Shown piece by piece: positions 10,101-22,159 of a DNA stretch of 43,717 bases (its first letter is position 1; every line of letters begins with the position of its first letter). The DNA is from Octopus bimaculoides (Eukaryota), in assembly GCF_001194135.2 (NCBI RefSeq), contig NC_068984.1, positions 37,418,354 to 37,462,070 on the forward strand, given 5' to 3'. The translations under genes and the position numbers were made by a program. The notes beneath the pieces were generated by a model that saw nothing but the letters and a program-made list of their open reading frames with translations, ran no database searches and was not told the DNA's origin.

Positions 10101-11080
10101 GAGTAGATAAACGGTAAGATTTTTAATACCTGTTGTGTCATGAGAGGGCAGTTACACCAATAATAATAATGTTTCGATAATTCAAATAAAGTCTGAAGAA
10201 AAATACAACGAAAGATTTCGGGGATTTATTAAGGATTTTTGGAGTTATCACTTTTATGAAAACTCATAAGAAAATGCCTCTCGATTATGTAAAGGTAAAA
10301 TATTTGAATTCTATGAATTGATAGTAAATGTACGAAAGCGGACTTATTTTAAATTAGGCCAAATAGGAAGCAAAGATGAAGTTCCATCAACATTTGACGT
10401 ACATTGCTGCAAGATTTATGAGTATTAAATAATATAAAAGATGTCTTTAGCACAACTGAACATGAATGGACACCATTTTATTGAACTTCATCGAAGAAAC
10501 ATCTACTTAGATGTACGATCTGCTAGAAATAGCTGTCAATAACTCTCAGTTCACACACAACTCTCTTACACAGAGAAAGATGACTTGATAATGTAGTCTC
10601 AAATGCACTAACAGCAAAACAGACTGTGTAGACAGAGCTAGACTATCTTTGATCATAAGGCTGCTCAATAAAGACTGACCTAAGACCATATAATAACTCT
10701 AGTCTTCTGCAGTTAATGATACAAAATCGCCTCTGCTTTATTCATTATGCTCATCTAAAATGTTGTACAGACGGTGTTGCAAGGAAATTATGTTTATAGA
10801 AATATGTGCTTGACATCCCGATAGGTTCTCGATATAACCTTCTATACTGGTTGCGATCAGTCTGACGCTCACAGAAGTGAAGTGGATAAATAAAGTAAAA
10901 AGACTGAGTTTCATTTCGCTGTTATTGTAGGCCTTGCTCTTGTTATTATTTCAACTTTAGATTAAAAGTATTTGAACTACCCTGTGATCAAAAGCATTTC
11001 GACTTTCTTCGAATCTATTATACCTACGGACTGCATCATCCAAAGTTTGGCTTTTCTTCTTTTTTTTTGTCTTTATTTAG

Positions 11081-11139
11081 ATGATCAAGTGGGGTTTGAG
11101 AGAGATTTCAATGTTATTTCTAAGAGGCCGAGCGACCAA
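11081..11139 (+). other. Candidate orphan exon, 59 nt
   Basis: Long pyrimidine tract ending tttag| and donor caa|gtaggt; two frames open (DQVGFERDFNVISKRPSDQ or MIKWGLREISMLFLRGRAT). Confidence 0.25.
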
Positions 11140-12081
11140 GTAGGTGTTCCTTCATTGATTCATCATTCTTGTTGGTGCAACGAGCCAATTAAAGATTTTA
11201 AGCGTGTTGATAATTAATTCATTGGAAAACCAGGTTGAATTTTAATTTTGGAAAGGATCTTTCACTACTGATACTTGTATCCGTCATGTTCTACTGATGG
11301 AGATCCTATATTCTAAGCAAACTGCCACTTTCTAAGGCAGTTACTGATTTCGAGATTTGGATCGCCTCATGTATGAACAACGTTCCAACCGATCTTTTGC
11401 TGACAGAAGGATTTGAACTCATCATTAGAAGCTTAAAGTAGCACTCTTTAGTTATGCAGCTCTTCCGTTGATTACATGAGTTAGTTGAACCATTCTTTTG
11501 CCCAGATTTAAATCTATAAAATTCTATCATTGAATGTGACGATATCTCGATGAAATGAAAGTGTTATGAACTGTGAAATGGATGCTCTGCCAGAAGACTG
11601 AACAATTTGCTGACAAAATCTCTGAAAGCTCATGCTGTGGCTTGCTCCTCTCCGCAGCGAAATATTTCCCAAGTTCAATAACCTTATGATTTAAGGGTTG
11701 GGTCAGCATTAAAAGAAAAATATCTAATGTATAGAAATTTAACATTGATAAGGCAGTTATATTTGATGTTTCAAGTTTAATAGATATTCTAAAATGTAGT
11801 TATATAGAAAAAAATCTATTTATATAAATAAAATATAAATTCAAACTAAACTGATTTATCTTCAGAGCTCCTGAAGGAACTTAAAAATTCTGCGTATCAG
11901 TGATTATATGACTTTAAGTAGATATGCACTAAATGCATTCTTGAATAGATATCACGTTCATTACATAATATCCAGTGATGTGAAGTAGCGTTTAGTTTTA
12001 AGTGCCCTTCTCCTTGTTTCAAAAATACAAAAAGGGGGCCTGCAGCAGATCGCAACTCAAAAAAATATCCACGTATCTTCC

Positions 12082-12082
<1 letters not shown>

Positions 12083-12116
<34 letters not shown>

Positions 12117-12165
12117 TAATAATAATAATAATAATTGCATAACAACAACAATAATAATCATCATC
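12083..12165. repeat. (AAT/AAC)n microsatellite
   Basis: Direct reading. Confidence 0.9.
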
Positions 12166-12382
12166 AAAATAGAATAGCATCAGTTAAATCCAGTTTGTTT
12201 TATTTTCCTTCTGCTTTTATCACTTAAAATAACAAAGCCGTTAATATTATTCTATGTTCAATTTCCCTTTTATTGTTTGGTATTAGTAACTTGCTTTTCT
12301 TTTTTAAATATTTAAATTCACGTTCCATATTTCCATAGCGTAAGCGATAACTAAAATGTTAATAAAGAATATTTGTGAATAA

Positions 12383-12439
12383 GTTTGTAAATAATTTACA
12401 TGTTTGTAAATAATTTACATGTTTGTAAATAATTTACAT
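12383..12439. repeat. 19-bp tandem repeat x3 (gtttgtaaataatttacat)
   Basis: Three exact units. Confidence 0.95.
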
Positions 12440-12479
12440 TTAGCTTCACTCTGCAATATGGTCCCGTTAAACCACAATT

Positions 12480-12517
12480 CTCTCTCTATCTCTCTCTCTA
12501 TCTCTCTTTCTCTCTCG

Positions 12518-12603
<86 letters not shown>
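12480..12603. repeat. (CT)n microsatellite
   Basis: Direct reading. Confidence 0.95.
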
Positions 12604-12606
<3 letters not shown>

Positions 12607-12998
12607 GAATAGGAGCAAACAACAGCAACTTCACTACTTTCGTCACTGATTGGCAAATCATGAATGTTTGCTTCATGCGTTCTAAAGATCGAACATGTAA
12701 CTTAGTTTATTGCTATTTTTAAGAAATTGGTAGAATCTGTAGAGCATCTGCGAACGAAATAACTTTATGCTCTTAGTTCAAATCCTCTCCAAATTAACTT
12801 TGCATTTATACTTCCAAATGAATAACAGCTGATTGAAGTGTCTGTCGAGTACCGGAGTAGATTTAATTGACATTGTAATTTCCCTCCAAATGTTTATCGC
12901 GGCCTTAAGACGCCAGGATAGCTCAAGTCCCATAATACTCGCCTGTTACATGGAATTTTCAAGTGTGGCAAACTTCAGATACCTTTACAGATACCATA

Positions 12999-13595
12999 CG
13001 AAGTGGGTGATGAAAAGTTCCTGGCTTTGTGTAAAAGAAGATACAGGAGGATCAGTTCATTATGATTTTATTCATCATATTCTCCTCTCAGTGAACCTGG
13101 GTCAATAACCCAAGGTCAATAACCTTATGATTTAAGGGTTGGGTCAGCATTAAAAGAAAAATATCTAATGTATAGAAATTTAACATTGATAAGGCAGTTA
13201 TATTTGATGTTTCAAGTTTAATAGATATTCTAAAATGTAGTTATATAGAAAAAAATCTATTTATATAAATAAAATATAAATTCAAACTAGACTGATTTAT
13301 CTTCAGAGCTCCTGCAGGAACTTTAAAATGCTGGGTATCGGTGATTATATGCACTAAATACGTATCAGTGATTATATGCACTAAATGCATTCTTGGATAG
13401 ATATCACGTTCATTACATAATATTCAGTGAATATTATGTATTTAGTTTTAAGTGCCCTTCTCCTTGTTTGCAGCAGCCTTCCAGCAGCCTTCTTTTACAG
13501 AGCTTCTTATCCCTGTAAAAGAACTCAGGAGGTTGGGCCTACAACCAGGCCTTTCATGATATATTTAAAACCAGGAACTTTTCAGTAGCCCCTCA
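12999..13595. mobile_element. Mariner-type MITE split by an insertion
   Basis: Left end TA|cgaagtgggtgatgaaaagttcctggcttt and right end aaaaccaggaacttttcagtagcccctca|TA are inverted repeats. The interior 13093-13469 is foreign sequence. Confidence 0.8.
13109..13469 (+). repeat. Direct copy of 11668-12019 inserted in the MITE
   Basis: First roughly 200 bp almost identical to the donor; the remainder collinear with local rearrangements. Confidence 0.95.
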
Positions 13596-15039
13596 TAGGT
13601 GCCATATGTTCGACATCATGTTGAAGTTGTGTATTGTCTGTAACGTAATAAGATCTACATTAAAGTGTTGCAGTGTGGTGAAATGATGGTTGGTAGTGCA
13701 GGATGGTGTATGTTTGCAGTGACTTTAATATGGGCATACTTCAAGTAAATGAAGAATAGGCTTGGTTTTTCTACGACTACCTCACTCACAACTGGCCTTA
13801 TCTACCAAGTCAGAAAAGATGTTGCGGTATTCGAACAATTCTCCACCCAGAAATAAACATAGAATTATAATATTTCTGGGTTTAGTAAACAGAAAATGTA
13901 CAACACCAAACTACACGAAAGCGAAGTCTTTAGTGATGCTTCTTGAACCTAGTTTAATGAAAAAAACGTGTAATCCTTTGTCATAATCAAGTAAAAGTAT
14001 TATTACATTCCTTTGTTTCGGAAAACTCAGCCTACGTATTTCCATTCAACAATAGGTTGTACTAGTCGCGTTTCTGATTTCTGGGAATTTCACATTGGCG
14101 TCGTATAGTTAAAAACAGTCTCCTTGTATCTCTGTCTGAAGACGCAGTAGACATTATAAGTGGTGTCATTCATCTCAATAAAGCACATCAAAATATAATA
14201 CAGTAGTAAAATGGTTTTTCAAGAATATTTAATGATAATTATTGATTTGCTGTAAACGTTACAAACGTGTTTAGTTTCGTAGATTAACAGAGACAATGAA
14301 CTTAGTAAGATATTTAGTGATTTAGATTTCTATTGCTAAATAACTGTAACAGACATTGGAACCAAGCAGTGTATGTATATATATATAGCAATAACATTAG
14401 AACTAATTAAGTCCCATACGTATGTGATTATCTAAAATAGTGTATCCAAATATTTGCGTTCAAATCAACGCAAAAGGCCTCTACGTGGTCGCTGGACTTG
14501 CTAGAAATATCAACCAAATCCATTTGAAATCATGCACTATTTCCTCTACAAAAGGAAGCACTTTTTTTCATTACGTCTTGTGAGATATATTACGCCTGAA
14601 AAATAAAGGACTGAGAATGTCTGCACATTTCTGCCTAACTTTCTATCATAGAACGCAGAATATTTGTTTTAAAATAAGGTTATACAAAGAGGATTAAATA
14701 CATGTTATAACCCCTGATTGAAATGTGTAAGTTATAATTTAAACGCGATAGAGAGAAATGCGAATGGAAATACAGTGCTATGATATCTTCGTTACGATTA
14801 TATGTTTGTTTTGCAATATCCCTGATGTAAAATCGTGTTGAAACAGATATTGCTATCGTTGGAGATAGTCCGCTTTGTCCCAATTAAAGACACGTACTAT
14901 ATCTTTTGGGGTTTGTTTCTCAAACTTCTTTCGTTACTCGTTCTGTGACATCTTCAACGACTTTCTATCCCACGAGTCTCCTCTTGTTCAGCCCATTACA
15001 TTTTATCTTTGTGTGGTATGTATCCCTATCTGTATATCA

Positions 15040-15560
15040 TAGACACAGTTCTGTCGATTTCACCAATCCGTTTCATTCACAAGAATTTGTGAAAACCAAT
15101 CTCGACACTCATCAAGAGATAACGCCACAGGAATGATTTGTGATTCACATTCCCTTCTCCATGAACATAAATACTTGTGTAAGATCTTTCTTAGTCTAGT
15201 TGAGAAATACTTCCCCCAAACGTATTGGTACAGGAAAATATTTAGTAGACATATCTTGAGAGTTTATTTTAACTGTGCACCTAGTATGTCCAGGAGAGGC
15301 GGAATGCCATATCCCAAGCAAGGTACACATGGCCGTGGAAAAAAGCCCTAGAGATTATAACATCAAGTGGAGAATGATGGAAACGTTCGAAACCTTACTT
15401 CAATAGCAGTAAGAGATGCAGACTCTACTTGGCAGAGGAAACAATTGTACTAAAGAACTCTCTCCACCTGGGTATCTACATAAGTCTTAGAAATGAAAAC
15501 TTCTGATCCTGCCCTCATAAACACAGATATGTCCTTGGATACTGGTCGACTGCACCATGA
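15040..15560 (+). mobile_element. Degenerate Penelope-like element fragment (RT thumb/linker plus GIY-YIG C-terminus)
   Basis: FTNPFHSQEFVKTNL, KIFLSLVEKYFPQTYWYRKIFSRHILRVYFNCAPSM, DYNIKWR and KPYFNSSKRCRLYLAEE..SLRNENF*SCPHKHRY match typical PLE motifs. Stops and frameshifts present. Confidence 0.7.
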
Positions 15561-15959
15561 ATATAAATGTCAGTGCTTCCATCATTGGTAATTCTTCTCA
15601 CCAGAATCTGAGTGTTTGACATTATGTTTGCAGCGCAAGTACAAGTTCACACATGAATTTAAGATTGAACCATTACCATTTACACTCAACCCTCGCACAT
15701 GCATCAATTCCATCCTACTTTCAACACAACCTCAACCCCACTCTATAGGGATGAACTTCATACACCTTTATGGCACTTTCTGATTCATATCCAAAGGTCA
15801 TAAATTTCCACCACCCCGGCTGGTCTCCCACTTTTTTTCTTTTGTCGCTCCAAATTTTTACAACCCCCTGAAACATGGATGTGACCATTGTCTGACCTAC
15901 GTTGGCAAACAGCTCACGCCATACACTTCCTACCAGTTATTCTGATGATTGCCGATCCT

Positions 15960-16438
15960 GGTTTTCTAAAACTCTCGTGTACGAAACCGATAGGGAAAAT
16001 TGCATCAAGCAGTGTCGAAAAACAATGTTATCTTTCAACAGGACAACGCTCCATGTCATGCAGCAAAGAATAATCGTCAATGGTTTGAGACACAGGGTAT
16101 TGTTCCCATGGACCGGCCAGCTCAAAGTCCCGATCGAACACCTATGAGGAACATTTGTTGAAGCTATCAGGAACACACCAATTAAACATAAAGAGCATTT
16201 GTAGAAAATGTTGAGAGGAGAATGGAGTAAAATTGCGCCTAGCACCTCCAAGAAATTAACTGATTCAATACCTAACCGTATAAAAGCGATAATTGATGCT
16301 AAAGAAGGGTCAACCAGATATTAAAACTAATGTATATTATGAAATATACCATAATCTACCATGTGCACGAGTTTCATTAACATTGAGATAGCAAAACCCC
16401 AAAACATTGGGATGGCCTAATACTTTTGGCCAAGGCTG
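15960..16438 (+). mobile_element. Tc1-family (DD34E) transposon 3' part, inactive
   Basis: FQQDNAPCH..W..PAQSPDRTPM(R): 34 residues from D to the mutated E position. C-terminus AIIDAKEGSTRY*; terminal cttttggccaaggctg|TA. Confidence 0.85.
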
Positions 16439-16439
16439 T

Positions 16440-16471
16440 ATATATATATTCATATTTATATATATCATATA

Positions 16472-16506
<35 letters not shown>

Positions 16507-16516
16507 NNNNNNNNNN

Positions 16517-16556
<40 letters not shown>
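16440..16556. repeat. (TA)n microsatellite spanning a gap
   Basis: Direct reading. Confidence 0.9.
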
Positions 16557-16561
<5 letters not shown>

Positions 16562-17084
16562 GGAGAAATGGAAGATTTTATTGACTGAATGATTGTATGT
16601 AGTGAGAAAGTCCCGGTAGTGAGGTAGTGTATGATTGAATCATTTTCTTCCGAAATTGATCTTTCTATCTTTGAAAGATAGTCAAAGGTTCGTTAAAGAA
16701 ACAAATGAGTCGATCAAATTGATTATTGGTGTAAAATACTGGCATAGTAAACCCATCTACACACTTCTCGTTAACAGACAGACTTTAATAATGTCTTTTC
16801 TATTGTCAATTCCAAGAGCGGGGGCGTGAAATAAAAAGCATTTCCCATTGGGATTTTTAACTGAGAATACAAAAATGGAATCTGCAAGTCATTTAATCTA
16901 TACAATAATGCTTCCGCTATACACTACCAGGCTATTCTGCCCAAGATGCTCTTTTTCTCTTTCTTTCTGTCATTCACCACACTTTTTAGTCTTTGTATAT
17001 GTGCATGCGTGTAGATACATGTGTCTGAATGCGCGTGTGTGTAACTGTTCATATATAACTTAAGGTAATCTAATATGCTTGTAA

Positions 17085-17086
<2 letters not shown>

Positions 17087-17135
<49 letters not shown>

Positions 17136-17276
17136 TAGATAGATACATACATATATACGTACGTACGTACATACATACATACATACATACTTACATACAT
17201 ACATATATACATACGTATGTACGTACGTAATACATACGTACATACATACATACATACATACATACATGCATACATA
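17087..17276. repeat. Compound (TA)n/(GATA)n/(CATA)n microsatellite
   Basis: Direct reading. Confidence 0.9.
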
Positions 17277-17649
17277 AACTATCAAATAACGACTATTAGC
17301 ATTAACACAAATATTAATTTACCCGCACTACATTTCGATACTTTTGGGCTTTTGACAGTAACTATAAGAAGTTATGTTGGTATATGTATGCACTTTGAGC
17401 TCTTCCAGTCTGTTAGTATCAGATAGGAGAAGCTGTTGTTCTATAAACAGTTGAGCTTGATCCATGACTGAATTTTACGGAATCACGTACGAAAACTATT
17501 GTAGTGACATAATCACACATGCATTTTCCAGTAAATACGGATAAAAAGGCTATCGCAGCAATGCATTATATCTTACTATGGTTCTACGAATTTTTTCTTC
17601 TCTTTTGCAGCAACCTGCAACTACTAGGACATAAACATGCATGTATATT

Positions 17650-17805
17650 GTGCAGGTGTGGCTGTGTGGTAAGTAGCTTGCTTACCAACCACATGGTTCC
17701 GAGTTCAGTCCTACTGCGTGGCACCTTAGCCTCGGGCCGACCAAAGCCTTGTGAGTGGATTTGGTAGACGGAAACTGAAAGAAGCCCGTCGCATATATGT
17801 ATATG

Positions 17806-17838
<33 letters not shown>

Positions 17839-18058
17839 GTGTGTATATATTTGTGTGTCTGTGTTTGTCCCCCAACATCGCTTGACAACCGATGCTGGTG
17901 TGTTTACGTCCCTGTAACTTAGCGGTTCGGCAAAACAGAGCGATAGAATAAGTACTAGGCTTACAAAGAATACGTTCTGGGGTCTATTTGCTCGATTAAA
18001 GGCGGTGCTCCAGCATGGCCACAGTCAAATGACTGAAACAAGTAAAAGAGTAAAAGAG
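17650..18058 (+). mobile_element. SINE family B, full length
   Basis: Collinear with 2876-3305; ends gactgaaacaagtaaaagagtaaaagag. Confidence 0.9.
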
Positions 18059-18173
18059 TAATTGCATTTTGATATTGATTTTAAATTTTGGCTCAGGGTC
18101 AGCAATTTTGAGAGAGGCATCAGTCAAATTACATCGACACCAGCGTTCAATTGATGCTTATAATAAGCGTAAA

Positions 18174-18351
18174 GGCGGTGCGCTAGCAGAATCGTTAGCA
18201 CGCCAGCAAAATGCTTAGCAGCATCTCGAACCTCTTTACGTTCTGATTTCAAATTCCGCCGAGCTTCGGAGGGAGCACTGGAAGTGAATGTAATCGACTT
18301 ACCCGCTTTCCTGAAATTGCTGGCCATGGGCAAAAATTAGAAACCAATATT
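18174..18351 (+). mobile_element. SINE family A, internally deleted; an antisense tail fragment lies at about 18066-18150
   Basis: ggcggtgcgctagcagaatcgttagcacgcc..aaatgcttagc..ttacgttctgatttcaaattccgccgag. Confidence 0.8.
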
Positions 18352-18536
18352 AATGAGTGTGTTTGTATTATGGGTTTGTATCGGGCACTGTTGTTGCTAT
18401 AACATAAAGACACTAAATTGCTGGAAAATATATTTAACTTCCTCCCTTTCTCACTTTATGCAAACACACAGACACACACACATATTGGGAGAGAGAAGGG
18501 GAGTGAAAAAGAGAAACAGAGATAGAATAGCAGAAT

Positions 18537-18578
<42 letters not shown>

Positions 18579-18581
18579 GTA

Positions 18582-18638
<57 letters not shown>
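18537..18638. repeat. (GATA)n/(GACA)n microsatellite
   Basis: Direct reading. Confidence 0.9.
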
Positions 18639-18639
<1 letters not shown>

Positions 18640-20574
18640 GGTAATTGGATGGATACTCTCATGCATATTCTGACTGTGTTTATTGATACAAACATACATA
18701 TGTGTGTGTGTTTGTATGTGTATATATATACATATATATATACACACATCTTTATATATATATGTATGTATATATGTATACATGTGTGTATACACGTACG
18801 TCTGTATATATATATATAAAGAGAGAGGGGGAGATGAAAGAGCGTGGGTGAAAAAGAGTGGGTGAAAGAGAGAGAGAATGAAAGCAAAAGAGGTGAGATA
18901 ATCGAAAAAGAGAAGACAAAAGAGAAGTAACTCAATACCGGATGTTTTGGTCTTACAAATCTCGATGTTCATCAGCAAAGCTTAAATTATTGGTTGTCAA
19001 GACAACAATTATTATTTTTTTAATTGTAGAAAAATATATCGGATCGCAATCAATAAAAGTTTGTCCAAATTAAATGAATTTCAATAAAATGAAATAAAAA
19101 GTATTGATTCATGCGATTTTCATTTTTCCTTAAACTAGAAAAAAAAATACGATAAATACCCTCGATTTTTCGTCTTGTTTGTTTTTTAATATTTTTAATT
19201 TTTTCATTATTTTATTTTTGTTTGCTTTTTATGTTCTGGTTTAGAAGTAAATAGAACTTAAGCAGAAAAAGACTTATTTGACTTTACATTTCAAAAAAAT
19301 TCTCGTAAAATACATCAAGCTTGTTTTAGTCAATTTATTGTGTAACTTCTATTTAATTATACTGAGTGTCCATCATGGGAGCAACAAATTAAAAAGGAAT
19401 ACTGAATTCTAACTTTGGCTTGAAGCCATGGTGCTTTGTTTTGCTTGTTTATTTATCGTTTCTTTTTTTTTTTTTGTTTTTTATTTGCAGTTTTTGTTTC
19501 AGTTTCTCTTTATCTTCTTGTTATTTTCATTTGTTGTTCTTTTTTAGATAAGTTTTGTGTAGGGGCAAAATTGTATAGTTAAATTTGTATTCCTGTTTCT
19601 ATTTCTATTTCAAGTTTATTTATCTCGCCACTAGGCCGGGTAAATAACGTCAATTTCTTGACCTTTCTATGATCAAACGATTCTATCAACAGTTGATCAA
19701 TCCTATTGGTTTCAGAGGGAAACACCAATCGGTTATATCAATATCAGTAATTAACAGGTACATACTTCATTCACTCCAGGAAAAGAAAAGACACAAAATC
19801 AAGATTTGAACTCGAAATATAAACAGCTGTATAATACCACAAGGTATTTTGTCCCAATCTCTGACGAATTTGCTAATTCCTTACGCATTTATAACAAGGA
19901 AACGTATTTTTATCGATAGGCTTGGGTGTGAGGTTAAGGAATTCAGCTTTGATTTGGATTCAATCCCACTTCATTGTATTCTTAGGTAGGTGCCCTCTAC
20001 TCTAACCTGATGTTGAACAACGGATTGTGAATAGAATTCAGTAGAGGAAAATTGTGTAGTACATGGTGAGGGATTGTTGTATGTGTTCTCCATTTATTCT
20101 TAATTATATTTTTATGATACCGTGTGTTTTATATAATTATCTACTTACTCTTGTGTTTAGCTTATCTCAGATTGTTAACATACCTAATTATCTTATAATG
20201 TCTCTGCCTTCCCTTTCGTTAGATGTAACACTATTGTACAATCCTCACATATATTGTTATTATATGTATTAAAGAGTAACTGGTGCCAATAATTAAAGAA
20301 AAACTATCATCATCATTAGCAGCAGAAGCATCACTATCAACAACATCGCCATCATCATTGTTACTACTCCTACTACATCTAGTCTACTACTACTACTTTA
20401 TTTAAAACGACGAAAGATATTAATAATGCTTAGTTGTTAACATATGAAGATAAATGCGTTGCTCAGGAAACTTGCCAAGAATTCAACATAACACCTGCAT
20501 CGGATGTGAACTTACTAACTTCGAGCTACATTTCTGATAATTTATTCATTTAGCTACTCTGCTTCATGAAATTT

Positions 20575-20580
20575 AATAAA

Positions 20581-20664
<84 letters not shown>

Positions 20665-20683
20665 TGCTATAGTAACTTCAAGA
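20575..20683. repeat. (AAT)n microsatellite
   Basis: Direct reading. Confidence 0.95.
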
Positions 20684-20919
20684 ACAATATGAATACACAT
20701 ATATTATGGATTAATACCTATATATATGTATATGGAGAGAGGAAAAAGCATAAGAATTTTATAAACTTGAGAGAGAATGTAAGATAATTGGCTTTTGGAA
20801 CATTGGCTCTCGAGGCACATCACATAAAGCTTTATGTTTTAAAAATTAATTAAAAAGCGAGCTTAACCTTTTTTTCTATTAGCAAGTATAGATCGTCCAA
20901 ATTATAGTTGCTGGAAAAG

Positions 20920-21880
20920 TAACTCTTCTTTTGCACAAAGATACTACTTAACATAGTTTACATCAGAAGAGATGTTTTGCACCTTCGTTAAACACATATT
21001 CACAGCTTACGAAACCTCTTCTGTATCATCAAATCTTTTCCTCGAACACTGCCATTCATTGGACGGAATAGTTTGAAGTAGGAAGAATGGCGGTCCACTG
21101 TCCAGTTCAGTTTTTTGATTGCTTGGTTTGTTGCTGAAAGGCGTATGTGTGTTTATGCATTGTTGTCGTAAAAATTAATCGTTTTCAGCTTCTTTTTTGG
21201 GTCATTCCTCTTAATGGTTTCTCTAAACATTTTGCGTGTATCAGGGTACCACTCGTAGACGGCATAGCGACATGCCAGAAAATCAAGGAGTAATATGTCT
21301 TTATCCTCCTAAAAAAATTACTACAATATTCTTTACCGATAGCTGGCTCTTGGACTTCTTTGACCTTGGTGTAGAGGTGATACAGCATTCCTTTGACTGG
21401 GCTTTCGTTTTGGGGTCATAAAGATTTACCCAATTTTCATCCCTTGAATCAAATGGGAGAAAATGTGTCTTCATTTGTTTCAAAAGCTTCCTGTTTAGAA
21501 GAATTACCATCTATTCTTCTCTCTTTCATATCGAGAGTCAACTGTCGAGGTACTCGCATTGCACACATTTCCCAATATCCAAACTCTTCCTCCATCTTTT
21601 GTAGTACAGTGTGACCATAGTTCAGTTGGATAGCAAGCTCACTTGTCTGTCCGCGAAGATCAATTTTTCAACTAATTAGTGATTCGTGTCTGGTTACACT
21701 TTTGAAAGTCACTCACGACATGGTTTGTCTTCAATGCTAGTTTCATCTCTATACGTCTTTATCCATCTGGCACGTTGTTCCTTCAGTAGTGTCTTGTCCA
21801 TAAACAACCTGTTCCTTTCATTCGTCAAGAAATCAATGCAGGAGCGTTGCTTCTGCTTGAAAGACATTCGTTATCAAGAA
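20920..21880 (-). pseudogene. Degenerate classical mariner transposase
   Basis: Minus strand gives KQRSCIDFL, RWIKTYRDETSIEDKP, MCAMRVPRQLTLDMKERR, RDENWVNLYDPKTKAQSKE (GDETWVxxYDPETKxQS motif), YDNNA and RGKRFDDTEEV, with many stops and frameshifts. Confidence 0.85.
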
Positions 21881-22030
21881 TAAAAAACAGGAAGAAGATT
21901 TACTATAGAGGAAGGGTTACTTTACTAACATAATGCAATTTCATCAACTTACGTCAGTGGATAAAGATATCATGCCCGCTACTGCATTACTCTCGGAACA
22001 ACATTCATAAATAAGCGTGTTATGGCTTAC

Positions 22031-22039
<9 letters not shown>

Positions 22040-22086
<47 letters not shown>
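22040..22086. repeat. (GT)n microsatellite
   Basis: Direct reading. Confidence 0.9.
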
Positions 22087-22089
<3 letters not shown>

Positions 22090-22159
22090 TGTGCGCGCGT
22101 ATACATGTATATATATATGTGTGTGTATGTATATATATATATATATATGTGTATATATC

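Noticed and set aside
11498-11513. Exact 16-mer ttgcccagatttaaat repeated at 35235-35250
   Set aside because: The flanks do not align, and a match of this length is plausible by chance in about 40 kb of AT-rich sequence.
16620-16628. let-7-like tgaggtagt
   Set aside because: Only the first nine bases match; the 3' part differs and no star arm is present.
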